A stretch of 44,919 nucleotides of DNA from a virus, in IMG/VR virus record IMGVR_UViG_3300014202_000133, positions 1-44,919 of that record; one strand, written 5' to 3'. Numbering within the stretch: position 1 is the first letter of the stretch; each line of letters starts with the position of its first letter. The translations under genes and the position numbers were made by a program. Shown one piece after another: positions 16,300-24,652 of this stretch. The notes under the pieces were generated by a model that saw only the letters and a list, made by a program, of their open reading frames with translations, did no database searches and was not told the origin of the DNA.

Positions 16300-18323
16300 T
16301 GCAAATTGTCCCGCCGCCCCCACCGACCACAGTATCCCGCCCCGTGGCCTTTTACGATACAGAGTGTTTTCCAAACTATTGGCTATTGAAATTCCGCCCC
16401 CGTGGCGGCCAGGCGTATGGCTTCCGGCTTCGCGCCGGTCAATCGTTCGACCAGGCCACGGCCGCCCGCATTCGGCTATTGTTCGACGCCTTTTGCGCGG
16501 TCAGTTTCAACGGCAATTATTACGACGTGCCCATGATTACCGCGGCCCTCTCCGGCTACACCGCGGAGCAATTGAAATGGCTTAACGACCGCATCATTGT
16601 CGAAAAGGTGAAACCGTGGGAATTGGGTTTGCCAGAATGGAAGCCTTCGGACCATATCGACGTCATGGAAGTGGCGCCAGGTGCCGGAAGTCAAAAGCAA
16701 TACGCCGGGCGCATCCATTGCCCCACTATGCGCGACTTACCCTATGACCCGGGCCATTACGTGACCGAAGCGGAAATTGTGGAAGTCGACGCCTATTGTG
16801 AAAACGACCTTGCCGTCCTTGAAGCCCTCTTTGATGCCCTGGCGCCGCAAATTCACCAGCGGGTCGCACTGAGCGCACGATATGGCATTGACTTGCGGAG
16901 TAAATCGGATGCCCAACTAGCCGAAGCCGTATTGAAGCGTCGATGCGAACAGGCCACAGGGCAACGCATTTTTAAGCCGGAAATTGATTGGAATTTGCGC
17001 TTTCGTTACAAGGTGCCCGCGTTCATTTCCTACAGCTTGCCACAGCTTCAAAAGGCGCTTGAATTGGTGCGCGAATCCGTTTTTATGCTGGGGCCAAAAG
17101 GAACGGTCGAAATGCCGCCACAGCTTGAGGGCTTGCTTATCACGATCAACCAGTCGACCTATAAAGTGGGCATTGGCGGATTGCACAGCCGGGAAGAAAC
17201 CATTGTCCACCGCTCCGACGAAAATTGGGTTTTGCGGGACAATGACGTCGCCAGCTATTACCCGTCGTTAATTCTCAATTCTGGCGAATGGCCCCCAGCA
17301 CTTGGGCAAACCTTTTTGCAGGAATATGAGGCCATCAAAAACGAACGCCTGGCCGCCAAAGAGTTGCAAGGTAAATTGAAAAAAGCCGGACGCACTGAGG
17401 GTGAAGAGTACGAAGACGCGAAGGTCGGCAACGAAGGCGGCAAGATTATGATTAACGGGACTTTCGGCAAGACCGGGAGCCCGTACAGCGTTCTATTTGC
17501 GCCGACCATGTTGATTCAAACCACAATCACGGGGCAATTGTCCCTTTTGATGCTGATTGAATGGCACGAAATTTACGGCATTCCAGTTATCAGCGCGAAC
17601 ACCGACGGCGTCGTTATCAAGTGCCCCCGCGACAAAGTCCCCGTGAGTGAAGCCCTGATTGCTGAATGGCAAAAGCGCACGGGGCTGGAAATGGAAACCG
17701 TGGAATATCAGGCGGTCTACTCCCGTGACGTGAATAATTATTTTGCCGTCAAAACCGACGGGGAAGTGAAGCGCAAAGGGGAATACAGCAAAGCCGGATT
17801 GGTGGAGAAAAAGAACCCTGACGTCGAGATTTGCGCGGACGCCGTGGCCGAATTCTTGTCGAAGGGCACGCCCATTTTTTACACCATTGCGGCATGCCGG
17901 GACATTCGCAAATTTGTGACCATTCAAAAGGTCAACGGCGGCGGCGTGAAAATGTGGGGCGAAGGGCCGCGCAAGGGCGCCAGGGTCATGGATATGGTCG
18001 GCACGTTGCAGGCGTGCGGCTGGGTCAAAGAGGGGCGCAAGTGGCGCAAGGGTGACAGTGTGACGGACGCGACCACGGCTTACGGTGCATGCTTCCAGCC
18101 GCAAACGCCGGAATACTTGGGCAAGGTGGTGCGCTGGTATTACAGCACCCAAGCGCCCGGCCCTATCGTCTATGCCAGCAACGGCAATACCGTGTCGCTA
18201 TCCTACGGCGCCCGGCCGTGCATGAACTTGCCGGACCAATTGCCGGACGATATCGACTATGCATGGTACACATCCAAGGCCGAAGCGATGCTAAAAGATA
18301 TCGGCTTCTATGCGTTGACATAG
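16296..18323 (+). CDS. Family-B-like DNA polymerase with 3'-5' exonuclease
   Basis: Exo I FYDTECF, Exo II YCENDLAVL, motif A DVASYYPSLIL, motif B KIMINGTFGKTG, motif C SANTDGVV. ATG at 16296 overlaps the deaminase stop (ATGA). The track start at 16266 is an alternative. Confidence 0.82.
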   Translation: MMQIVPPPPPTTVSRPVAFYDTECFPNYWLLKFRPRGGQAYGFRLRAGQSFDQATAARIRLLFDAFCAVSFNGNYYDVPMITAALSGYTAEQLKWLNDRIIVEKVKPWELGLPEWKPSDHIDVMEVAPGAGSQKQYAGRIHCPTMRDLPYDPGHYVTEAEIVEVDAYCENDLAVLEALFDALAPQIHQRVALSARYGIDLRSKSDAQLAEAVLKRRCEQATGQRIFKPEIDWNLRFRYKVPAFISYSLPQLQKALELVRESVFMLGPKGTVEMPPQLEGLLITINQSTYKVGIGGLHSREETIVHRSDENWVLRDNDVASYYPSLILNSGEWPPALGQTFLQEYEAIKNERLAAKELQGKLKKAGRTEGEEYEDAKVGNEGGKIMINGTFGKTGSPYSVLFAPTMLIQTTITGQLSLLMLIEWHEIYGIPVISANTDGVVIKCPRDKVPVSEALIAEWQKRTGLEMETVEYQAVYSRDVNNYFAVKTDGEVKRKGEYSKAGLVEKKNPDVEICADAVAEFLSKGTPIFYTIAACRDIRKFVTIQKVNGGGVKMWGEGPRKGARVMDMVGTLQACGWVKEGRKWRKGDSVTDATTAYGACFQPQTPEYLGKVVRWYYSTQAPGPIVYASNGNTVSLSYGARPCMNLPDQLPDDIDYAWYTSKAEAMLKDIGFYALT

Positions 18324-18372
18324 GCAAATTATTGATCTACAATTGCGCCATCAACTCAACAAGGAAGCGAAC

Positions 18373-18507
18373 GTGATTAAATTCAAAATTAAAGTCGACG
18401 GCCACGAATACGAAGGCGTTTTTGCGCACAGTTGCGACGCGGTCATTGATGCAATCGAACGCAACCCCGACGCCCGCCGCGTCAGTGTCAAGGCCGCCAA
18501 ATGTTGA
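18373..18507 (+). CDS. Hypothetical small protein (44 aa, GTG start). Not in the ORF track.
   Basis: AAGGAAG SD 6 nt upstream of GTG 18373. Translates as VIKFKIKVDGHEYEGVFAHSCDAVIDAIERNPDARRVSVKAAKC. Its stop overlaps ATG 18501 of the next ORF. Confidence 0.4.
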   Translation: MIKFKIKVDGHEYEGVFAHSCDAVIDAIERNPDARRVSVKAAKC

Positions 18508-18854
18508 CATTGAATCCCGGGCTTATACGGTCCATGGACACCGACCATTTGGTCCGTTCATTGGAGTGCGAACCGGCCATCATGCGAACGCCGATTGAAT
18601 TGGAATTGATGCGCCGATGTTATGACCTGGCGGACGAATTAGCGGAAGCCAAAGGTGAAATTGAAGGTTTGGAAAAGAAGGCTGATGGGCTTGACAAATA
18701 TTCCGAATTTGAAATTGACCCCGACGATTGCCGTTTGATGCATGAGGCCCACGGTGCGACATGGTTGGAAATTTCAAAAATGCTCACTGTTCTACAAAAT
18801 GAAGGAATTGATGATGTTGAAACTCTTACGCAACGCCTTGGTCTTGATGATTAA
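18501..18854 (+). CDS. Hypothetical acidic protein (117 aa)
   Basis: ATG start coupled to the upstream ORF. Coiled-coil-like acidic sequence. No recognised motif. Confidence 0.55.
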   Translation: MLTLNPGLIRSMDTDHLVRSLECEPAIMRTPIELELMRRCYDLADELAEAKGEIEGLEKKADGLDKYSEFEIDPDDCRLMHEAHGATWLEISKMLTVLQNEGIDDVETLTQRLGLDD

Positions 18855-19242
18855 CATTTTCATGTTGGCCGCCACAGGGCACGCCGCATGCGTCAAAATC
18901 GCCGCGGATGGTACGGAAGGGCCTTGCCCTGTCCAAGTGCAACGGGAGCCCGTGGCGGCCCCACAGCAGGCCAGCGCGAACCCTTGCCAACTTGGCGGCA
19001 TGCTGGCTTATGAAGCCTATTTGCGGGCCATCCCCGACGTCATGTGGCCGTCGGCCAATCGCTTGCATTACGCTGTCGATTATTTGGGGGACATGATGGT
19101 CGCCAAACATGACCGGGCGGTCGCTCACAGGGGCGTCGAAATTATCGCAATCAGGCTGCAGGCTGCGGGGATGCATAAACCGTGGGAAGGTGCGGCCTAT
19201 GAAGTGGCGCGGGAATTTATCGTTAAGGAGTGCGCCAAATGA
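18811..19242 (+). CDS. Putative secreted/periplasmic protein with an N-terminal signal peptide
   Basis: ATGATG at 18811 after GAAGGA. MMLKLLRNALVLMINIFMLAATGHA|AC looks like a signal peptide. Four Cys in the mature part. Confidence 0.5.
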   Translation: MMLKLLRNALVLMINIFMLAATGHAACVKIAADGTEGPCPVQVQREPVAAPQQASANPCQLGGMLAYEAYLRAIPDVMWPSANRLHYAVDYLGDMMVAKHDRAVAHRGVEIIAIRLQAAGMHKPWEGAAYEVAREFIVKECAK

Positions 19243-19727
19243 CTTGCACGCATGCCGCAAGCGGTTGCAATTACCCGGAAGGGGAATGCGCGGGATTTTG
19301 TCTAAATAAGGGGCTTGAAGTGATTTACAAAAGTGGAACGAAATTGGTCGACCGGGAATCTGGGGAAGTTTTCGTGGTGTATAACTCAAATGAGTCAATT
19401 ACCCACTATCAAGGCGCCAGCGGAAGCGGGGACGTGCGAACTTCGGAAGTGCCGACAATTTTTGAAGTTGATGCCAATGGGGTGCCGGACATGCTGGCGC
19501 CGTCCGTTCTGGATATCCAAGAAGGCGGCGACCATTACAAGAAGTTGGGCGCCTATCAGCCGTGGGAAGTGTTGCGCCGCTGGCTGACGCCCGAAGAGTT
19601 CCGCGGCTACATGAAGGGGACGGCCATTGCCTATTTGGCCCGCGAACAGGACAAGGGGGGCATGCTGGATATTCGCAAGGCCGGCCACACCCTGCAAGGT
19701 CTTGTCGAACTGTTGGGGGCTGAATAA
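19239..19727 (+). CDS. DUF3310-domain protein
   Basis: The track start at 19230 is GTG. ATG at 19239 lies 8 nt after TAAGGAG and overlaps the previous stop (ATGA). C-terminal GGDHYKKLGAYQPWEVLRRWLTPEEFRGYMKGTAIAYLAR..K matches the DUF3310 pattern. Confidence 0.65.
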   Translation: MTCTHAASGCNYPEGECAGFCLNKGLEVIYKSGTKLVDRESGEVFVVYNSNESITHYQGASGSGDVRTSEVPTIFEVDANGVPDMLAPSVLDIQEGGDHYKKLGAYQPWEVLRRWLTPEEFRGYMKGTAIAYLAREQDKGGMLDIRKAGHTLQGLVELLGAE

Positions 19728-19882
19728 TGGCCGCTCACGAATCCGCCGCAATGGTCAAGGCCCGCAAGATGGTCACGGAACAGGGCGTCACGCCCTACGC
19801 CGCGGCCGCTAAAGTTGGTTTGACCCGTTCAGCCATTTACATGGCCCCATGGTACAAGGCTTGGAAAGCCGCCCAAAAATGA
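19727..19882 (+). CDS. Small HTH protein (51 aa). Not in the ORF track.
   Basis: TAATG overlap with the upstream gene. MAAHESAAMVKARKMVTEQGVTPYAAAAKVGLTRSAIYMAPWYKAWKAAQK contains a helix-turn-helix-like core (TPYAAAAKVGLTRSAIY). Its stop overlaps the next ATG. Confidence 0.5.
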   Translation: MAAHESAAMVKARKMVTEQGVTPYAAAAKVGLTRSAIYMAPWYKAWKAAQK

Positions 19883-20178
19883 AGCGAATCGGTTGTCACG
19901 CCCGCCAGTATGGCGACCAAATGATTTGTGCCCCTTGCGGGCTCAATTGGGACGTGAACGACCCGGAGCCGCCGGAGTGCCGCAAGGTTGACCGGCGGCT
20001 TAAAGCGGTCAAGGATGCCGTGAAGTTTGAAAGCAACCCCAGCGAACCGGCCCGGCTTCCCGTCAAGCTCCCGGACGATGTGGCCGTCGAAATGGTCAAG
20101 ACTTACCAGGCCCACGGCGGCCACAGTGCAGGCATGCAAGCCGCTTACCGTTTATTTTTGGACAGGATGGAGCCATGA
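19879..20178 (+). CDS. Hypothetical Cys-rich protein (99 aa)
   Basis: ATGA coupling at 19879. MKRIGCHARQYGDQMICAPCGLNWDVNDPEPPEC is a 4-Cys motif. Confidence 0.5.
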   Translation: MKRIGCHARQYGDQMICAPCGLNWDVNDPEPPECRKVDRRLKAVKDAVKFESNPSEPARLPVKLPDDVAVEMVKTYQAHGGHSAGMQAAYRLFLDRMEP

Positions 20179-20369
20179 AAAAACAAATCACAATCCCGGT
20201 CGGAATGTTGCTGGTGCTGGCCGTCTTCGGTTTCGTTGGTCACATGGACTATGAAGACGAAAAGGCCGCCCAGGCTCAATACTGCGACATGGTCAAGGCC
20301 GGGCACTGGCCGGACTATCAGGGGACGTACCGGCGCGAATGCTTGCCGCCCAAGAGCGTGCCACGTTGA
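20175..20369 (+). CDS. Small membrane protein (64 aa), last gene of the rightward operon
   Basis: ATGA coupling. One TM segment, IPVGMLLVLAVFGFVG. Confidence 0.55.
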   Translation: MKKQITIPVGMLLVLAVFGFVGHMDYEDEKAAQAQYCDMVKAGHWPDYQGTYRRECLPPKSVPR

Positions 20370-20808
20370 GCCCTACGGCGTCCGTGTCGCCTTCGTCAAA
20401 GAGTCCCGAAATTCCTGCATCAAATCGCTGTAGCGCTTGCTCAAGCTCGGCCCGGTCGAAACAGGCAAGGTCAGGACTTCGGGAACCAGCGGGGGCGGCG
20501 GGCACGATACGGCTACCGGCACGGGCGTCGCGCAACCGCTTATTGTCAGCACGCAAACCAGCCAAAGTAATTTGATATTCATGGTCGGAATTCTCCTTTA
20601 TTCGTTTGTCTTCGGCCGCTTTCGCTTCAGCCAGCTTCTTTGCGGCGTCCCCTTCGGCCTTCACCGTGCCGACGAAGCCGTCAAACCGCGCTTGAGTAGC
20701 CGCCAGGCGTTGCCCCTGCACCCACCATGCCCCGGAGCCACCAAAGGCCAGCCCAAGCGCAAAGAAGGCCGCTAGTGCCCAGGGATTGCCGACAATCAGC
20801 TTCCACAT
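20293..20808 (-). CDS. Rz: i-spanin (Rz-like)
   Basis: ATG at 20808 (the track start at 20814 is TTG). N-terminal TM NPWALAAFFALGLAFGG, then a coiled-coil region. Contains the embedded lipoprotein gene. Last gene of the lysis cassette. Confidence 0.75.
   Translation of the reverse strand: MWKLIVGNPWALAAFFALGLAFGGSGAWWVQGQRLAATQARFDGFVGTVKAEGDAAKKLAEAKAAEDKRIKENSDHEYQITLAGLRADNKRLRDARAGSRIVPAAPAGSRSPDLACFDRAELEQALQRFDAGISGLFDEGDTDAVGLNVARSWAASIRAGTSPDSPASARP
20373..20582 (-). CDS. Rz1: o-spanin (Rz1-like lipoprotein) embedded in another frame of Rz
   Basis: AAGGAG SD. Signal plus lipobox LVCVLTISGC. Pro-rich mature part CPPPPLVPE. Lies entirely inside 20293..20808. Confidence 0.8.
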   Translation of the reverse strand: MNIKLLWLVCVLTISGCATPVPVAVSCPPPPLVPEVLTLPVSTGPSLSKRYSDLMQEFRDSLTKATRTP

Positions 20809-20810
20809 GG

Positions 20811-21011
20811 TCAAGCCTCTTTGCTGGCTGTCAGTGCCGTGGTGGTGACTACGCGCAAAATCGCGTTGACCACGGGAAGGCCGACGGCAATGATCGTGTA
20901 AAAGTTGCCGGGCAAATAGGCTTGCAAAAGCCCGGTGCCAGCTTCAAGGGCTACCAGGGCGGCCACCAGGGCGTTAATAATCAGGGTCTTTGACGTGTAC
21001 CAAGGTTTCAC
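20811..21011 (-). CDS. Putative holin (two TM helices)
   Basis: No ATG is available. GTG at 21011 overlaps the endolysin stop (GTGA) and follows GGAAGGA. TM segments TLIINALVAALVALEAG and FYTIIAVGLPVVNAIL. Positioned between endolysin and spanins. Confidence 0.6.
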   Translation of the reverse strand: MKPWYTSKTLIINALVAALVALEAGTGLLQAYLPGNFYTIIAVGLPVVNAILRVVTTTALTASKEA

Positions 21012-21391
21012 GGGTAATCCTTCCAAGGAAGTTGATAATGTGGGCCGTCCTTAAAGCTCTTCCAATCGCCGCCCCATTCTATGGGCACGCCGACTTCCTT
21101 TGCCGCCTGTTTGACGGCCGCGGCGATCTTGTAATAAAGCGGCCAATCCCAACGCACTTCCCCGCCCACGAATGCGCCCAAATCGACCGCATGGCCGGTA
21201 AGGTGCCGACTTTTGAGCGTAGTCGTTGCGCCGGACTTCAATAGCTCTTGCTGGCGCTGGATGGTCCGCAAACCTTCCAGCACCGTGAAGTCGACCGGCG
21301 TGATTTGAATGGCACGTTCGACCACTTTGACCAAATCAGCATGCAAGCCCGCAAGGCGTTGCCGGGAGCGGTCCCCTAGTGCGTAGCTCAT
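21008..21391 (-). CDS. Endolysin, peptidase M15 (VanY / L-Ala-D-Glu peptidase-like)
   Basis: SRHLTGHAVDL and GGDWKSFKDGPHYQL zinc-ligand motifs of the M15 family. Confidence 0.85.
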   Translation of the reverse strand: MSYALGDRSRQRLAGLHADLVKVVERAIQITPVDFTVLEGLRTIQRQQELLKSGATTTLKSRHLTGHAVDLGAFVGGEVRWDWPLYYKIAAAVKQAAKEVGVPIEWGGDWKSFKDGPHYQLPWKDYP

Positions 21392-21642
21392 GGCTTGTCG
21401 ACCTTCCTATCAATCTTGTCTTCGATTTTGTCCAGCTTTGCAAATAGGGCTTTGCTCAAGTCTGAAAACTCGTCTTTTTTGACATAACCCCCAGCGACTA
21501 AAACTTCAATTTCTCCGACTTTCGTTGCAAGTTGCTTGTCGGCCGCTTGCAAGTCTTTTACCGCTTGCCAAACCGCATTAAGTAAAAATCCAATCAGCGC
21601 CCCGAATCCTGCAAGTAGCCAATTGATAAGTGCTTGGTCCAT
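21388..21642 (-). CDS. Membrane-anchored coiled-coil protein (possible lysis regulator)
   Basis: ATG at 21642 (the track start at 21663 is TTG). TM WLLAGFGALIGFLLNAV followed by a charged coiled coil. Confidence 0.55.
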   Translation of the reverse strand: MDQALINWLLAGFGALIGFLLNAVWQAVKDLQAADKQLATKVGEIEVLVAGGYVKKDEFSDLSKALFAKLDKIEDKIDRKVDKP

Positions 21643-21656
21643 TTTTCCGCCCGTTA

Positions 21657-21989
21657 TTAACAATGATTTCCTGATGGGTCAAATACGTCAAGAAGGTTAT
21701 TGCATATCCAATTTGCAAGCCTGAACCGCCAGCCGCTACCAATTGCAATATATCGTTGAAGCCGACCCGTAACCAAAGGCTCCCGCGGAAGATCAAAGAA
21801 AACAACCGCGGCAATCGTGAAATTGATTACGAAGTCGGCAAGGATTCCGACCAAGATAAAAGGCGCACCGAGGGCATACGTTGCCCAGCCAAGACGCTTT
21901 TGCAAGTGCGCCCGATATAGACCCATGACAAGGACATAGAAGCCCCAAAAGACCCACAGGGCCGCCAGCGCAAAAGCAAAAGTGTTCAT
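21657..21989 (-). CDS. Integral membrane protein (about 3 TM)
   Basis: Internal ATG at 21989 overlaps the upstream stop (ATGA). MNTFAFALAALWVFWGFYVLVMG... The upstream part of track ORF 21657..22214 overlaps the amidase gene and is judged non-coding. Confidence 0.55.
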   Translation of the reverse strand: MNTFAFALAALWVFWGFYVLVMGLYRAHLQKRLGWATYALGAPFILVGILADFVINFTIAAVVFFDLPREPLVTGRLQRYIAIGSGWRFRLANWICNNLLDVFDPSGNHC

Positions 21990-22405
21990 TTGGCAATCAT
22001 CCAAAGGTGTTGCGGGGTAATTCGGTAAAGGGCTTCCGGGCGGAACAACGGGGCGCCGGCTTCCGCAAATGCCCAGGCCACCAGTTCGGAGCAAAACCAG
22101 GCGTCGGCTTCTTGCCAATCGCGGCGCACCAGCATGCCAAAAAGGGCCGTCAGGTCGTAGGGCTTGCCCACCTGTGACCGCACGGCCGCAATGACCGCGG
22201 CGGCATCTTGGCAAGGGATTTCCGCGAACGTGTGGCGGCTATGCTTGGCGATAATGTCCGCCAGGGGCGCCACACGAACCGATGGCCACGTAGCTTCGAT
22301 TACTTCATCTCCGTCCACGATTGCAACATGGCTCCAATCGGACCATGTAACCGCCCTAATAATGGCGGCTCCTGGCAATTTGGAAGTGCAAAAGAGGACG
22401 CGCAT
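21986..22405 (-). CDS. Permuted papain-fold peptidase/amidase (YiiX / C92-like)
   Basis: His motif WSHVAIV and a later Cys motif WFCSELVAWAF, in the permuted order typical of the family. Confidence 0.62.
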   Translation of the reverse strand: MRVLFCTSKLPGAAIIRAVTWSDWSHVAIVDGDEVIEATWPSVRVAPLADIIAKHSRHTFAEIPCQDAAAVIAAVRSQVGKPYDLTALFGMLVRRDWQEADAWFCSELVAWAFAEAGAPLFRPEALYRITPQHLWMIAK

Positions 22406-22410
22406 GGCAA

Positions 22411-22884
22411 TTACTCCCCGTAGATTTTCGGCCAGCCGGTGGAAAAGTCATACGTCGATGGGTCGGCGCTGGCTTCCATGGCGGTTTTGTGCCCTTCGGC
22501 AACGGCAAAAATTGCTTGGTCATTGGCGGCCGCAGCGGCGAAGACGTTGCCGGCGACGGTTTGGTCCATTGCCACAAAGGTGCCATCCATGGTCTTCCAT
22601 TGAAGGCTGGCCGGAATGTTGGCGCCCAGCATCACAAGGCCCATTTGCTGGATGCGGCTTGCGTCGTCGGAATGAAACCATTTGTTGGTCGTGCCGACTT
22701 TCACCTTGACGCCGCCGATCTTGCGCCGGTCGCGTTCGGCTTTGATGGCGTCCCATTTGGCCGCAACAATTTGTGCAACGGTTGAGGTCGGCACATTGTC
22801 ACTATAAGTTTCATCGGCGGTTACATCCCCCGGCCCATTGACCGCGCGCCATCCTTGATTATCCTTACGAATTGCATAGCCCAT
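22411..22884 (-). CDS. DUF4376-like protein downstream of the tail fibre (fibre accessory/assembly candidate)
   Basis: ATG at 22884, 10 nt after the fibre stop, with AAGGGG SD. Contains AAKWDAIKAERDRRKIGGVKV...WFHSDDASR. Confidence 0.5.
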   Translation of the reverse strand: MGYAIRKDNQGWRAVNGPGDVTADETYSDNVPTSTVAQIVAAKWDAIKAERDRRKIGGVKVKVGTTNKWFHSDDASRIQQMGLVMLGANIPASLQWKTMDGTFVAMDQTVAGNVFAAAAANDQAIFAVAEGHKTAMEASADPSTYDFSTGWPKIYGE

Positions 22885-22894
22885 TTGAAGCCCC

Positions 22895-24652
22895 TTAAAT
22901 AGTGTCAGTCCAACCAAGGCCACTTAATGCCGAAGTAGCACCAAGCGCCGCATAATAAATATTTGTACTTTCAAGTACAAATGACCCTCGCATTACTGAT
23001 TGCAGACTAGTCGCCCCCCAACCTAAAACCATTGGTGCGGATAAAGATGCGTTGTTATATCCTTGATATGAAGCATTTGGGGCCGCCATTGCGCCGCCAT
23101 TTGAACCTGTGCCATATTGCATAACAATATCAATTTCGGCGGCGGTTGAAGGGATGAAAGCGCCCGTGGCAATTGTGGCCCAAGTCGTAGTGGTCGCCCC
23201 GGGAGTTCCTTGATTTCCGCTCGCCATTTGCAATAGGCTTGTCAAATTTCCAGTGCCAACTATGAATTGAACTTTTCGCCCGTATTGCTTAAAACTCAAC
23301 GGGTATTTATTTGCCGACCCGTCAGTTTTAATCCAACCCACCCGCGCTTTATGCGTGTAACCGCTTGGCAAAGTGGGGGCAGTTTCCGACAAAGACATGA
23401 GGCCGGCTGTCGTCGTACCGTTCCAAATAACCCAAAGGGAATACCATGTTGATGCCGCAATTGTGCCAATATCAATGCCATTTGCACCTACGGCAGTTCC
23501 AGCGATGGTCAATGAAACATTACGCAAAGTTTGATACGCATTCGCCGCACTTTCAACCGCAATTTCGTCAACCGTAACACTAACATTGGCCGACAAACCC
23601 GTGGCCGATGCTCGCAAATTTTTGAATGCACCTTGAATTGACGCCGAAGTGGAAATTGATGCAATACCAGTCGCCGGATTCAGCAACACGACCTTATCAA
23701 GCGTGACGTCATATTGCATTAGCAGCCAATGGCCGGCGCCAGCAATATCGCCAGCAACCAAAGCGGCATTGGCGCCCTTGACGATGGTTTTTGCAGCCAG
23801 GGTGCCGCTGTTCGCGGTAAATGTGGGGGTCGTGGTCGCATTGGCGGAAGCTGCACGCACAAGGAACGGAACGCCATTGGGCCACTTGCGTGGCGCCGGG
23901 GAAAATGTCGCGGTCAAAGCGTCCGCGGTTCCACCGGCACTTGCAATCAGTTCGCCCATGGACGAAATGGCGTCATTGACGGCGCTATAAATGTTCGTCG
24001 CGTCACCGGCCAGGGCTTGCACTGAATTGACGACCAGACCAGTTCCGGCGGCTGTCTTGCAAGTAATGGTGTAAGGGCCTGTCGTGCTGTTAATGACAAT
24101 CCATTCCCCGACGATGTTCGGGAAAATCAAATTCAAATTGGCAGTCAGCAAACCCGTAATGACGATAATCGGCTTGCCATATTGGGCGGCCGTCAAAGTC
24201 ACGTTTGCGCTGGTCATAGTGACCGCGGCGGCCCCGGTGGTGAAGTCGGGAACCCAGCCGGCGGCCACGGCGCCCGCACCTTCCGGGTCGGTGACATTGT
24301 TGTCGGCCGTGTTGAACCAGTAGCCCAGGCCGTCCGACCGCATGATGCGGGCGCCCTTTGGGTAGCCGCCGACGTTGCTGTCAGTTGCGAACGCCGCGTC
24401 GTAGGCGTAGCCGCCGCCAGCGTTAGCCCATCGGAGAATTGCCGACAGTTCATAAAGAACGCCGTTCATGTCCAAGCCGGAAGGCGGCGTGCCACCAGCC
24501 GCAAGTGGCGTTCGTGTCAATGGTGGAAAGCCGTCGACCAGTGACGCCGCACCAGCAGTAATGCCGATTTGGGAGTCGACCGGAATGTCATTTTTGGCGC
24601 CGCTTGCGGCGAATGGCAAAACGAGTTTGCCGGGTGCGTTAGTTAGCTGCAT
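22895..24652 (-). CDS. Tail fibre protein
   Basis: ATG at 24652 (MQLTNAPGKLVLPFAASGAKNDIPV...GFPPLTRTPLAAGGTPPSGLDMNGVLYELS), a conserved fibre N-terminus I recognise. The Ser/Thr/Gly/Ala-rich shaft and C-terminal domain have distinct (low) GC. Confidence 0.8.
   Translation of the reverse strand: MQLTNAPGKLVLPFAASGAKNDIPVDSQIGITAGAASLVDGFPPLTRTPLAAGGTPPSGLDMNGVLYELSAILRWANAGGGYAYDAAFATDSNVGGYPKGARIMRSDGLGYWFNTADNNVTDPEGAGAVAAGWVPDFTTGAAAVTMTSANVTLTAAQYGKPIIVITGLLTANLNLIFPNIVGEWIVINSTTGPYTITCKTAAGTGLVVNSVQALAGDATNIYSAVNDAISSMGELIASAGGTADALTATFSPAPRKWPNGVPFLVRAASANATTTPTFTANSGTLAAKTIVKGANAALVAGDIAGAGHWLLMQYDVTLDKVVLLNPATGIASISTSASIQGAFKNLRASATGLSANVSVTVDEIAVESAANAYQTLRNVSLTIAGTAVGANGIDIGTIAASTWYSLWVIWNGTTTAGLMSLSETAPTLPSGYTHKARVGWIKTDGSANKYPLSFKQYGRKVQFIVGTGNLTSLLQMASGNQGTPGATTTTWATIATGAFIPSTAAEIDIVMQYGTGSNGGAMAAPNASYQGYNNASLSAPMVLGWGATSLQSVMRGSFVLESTNIYYAALGATSALSGLGWTDTI

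Noticed and set aside
22895-24652. A diversity-generating retroelement targeting the tail fibre C-terminus
   Set aside because: I found no reverse transcriptase ORF and no template/variable repeat pair anywhere in the genome.
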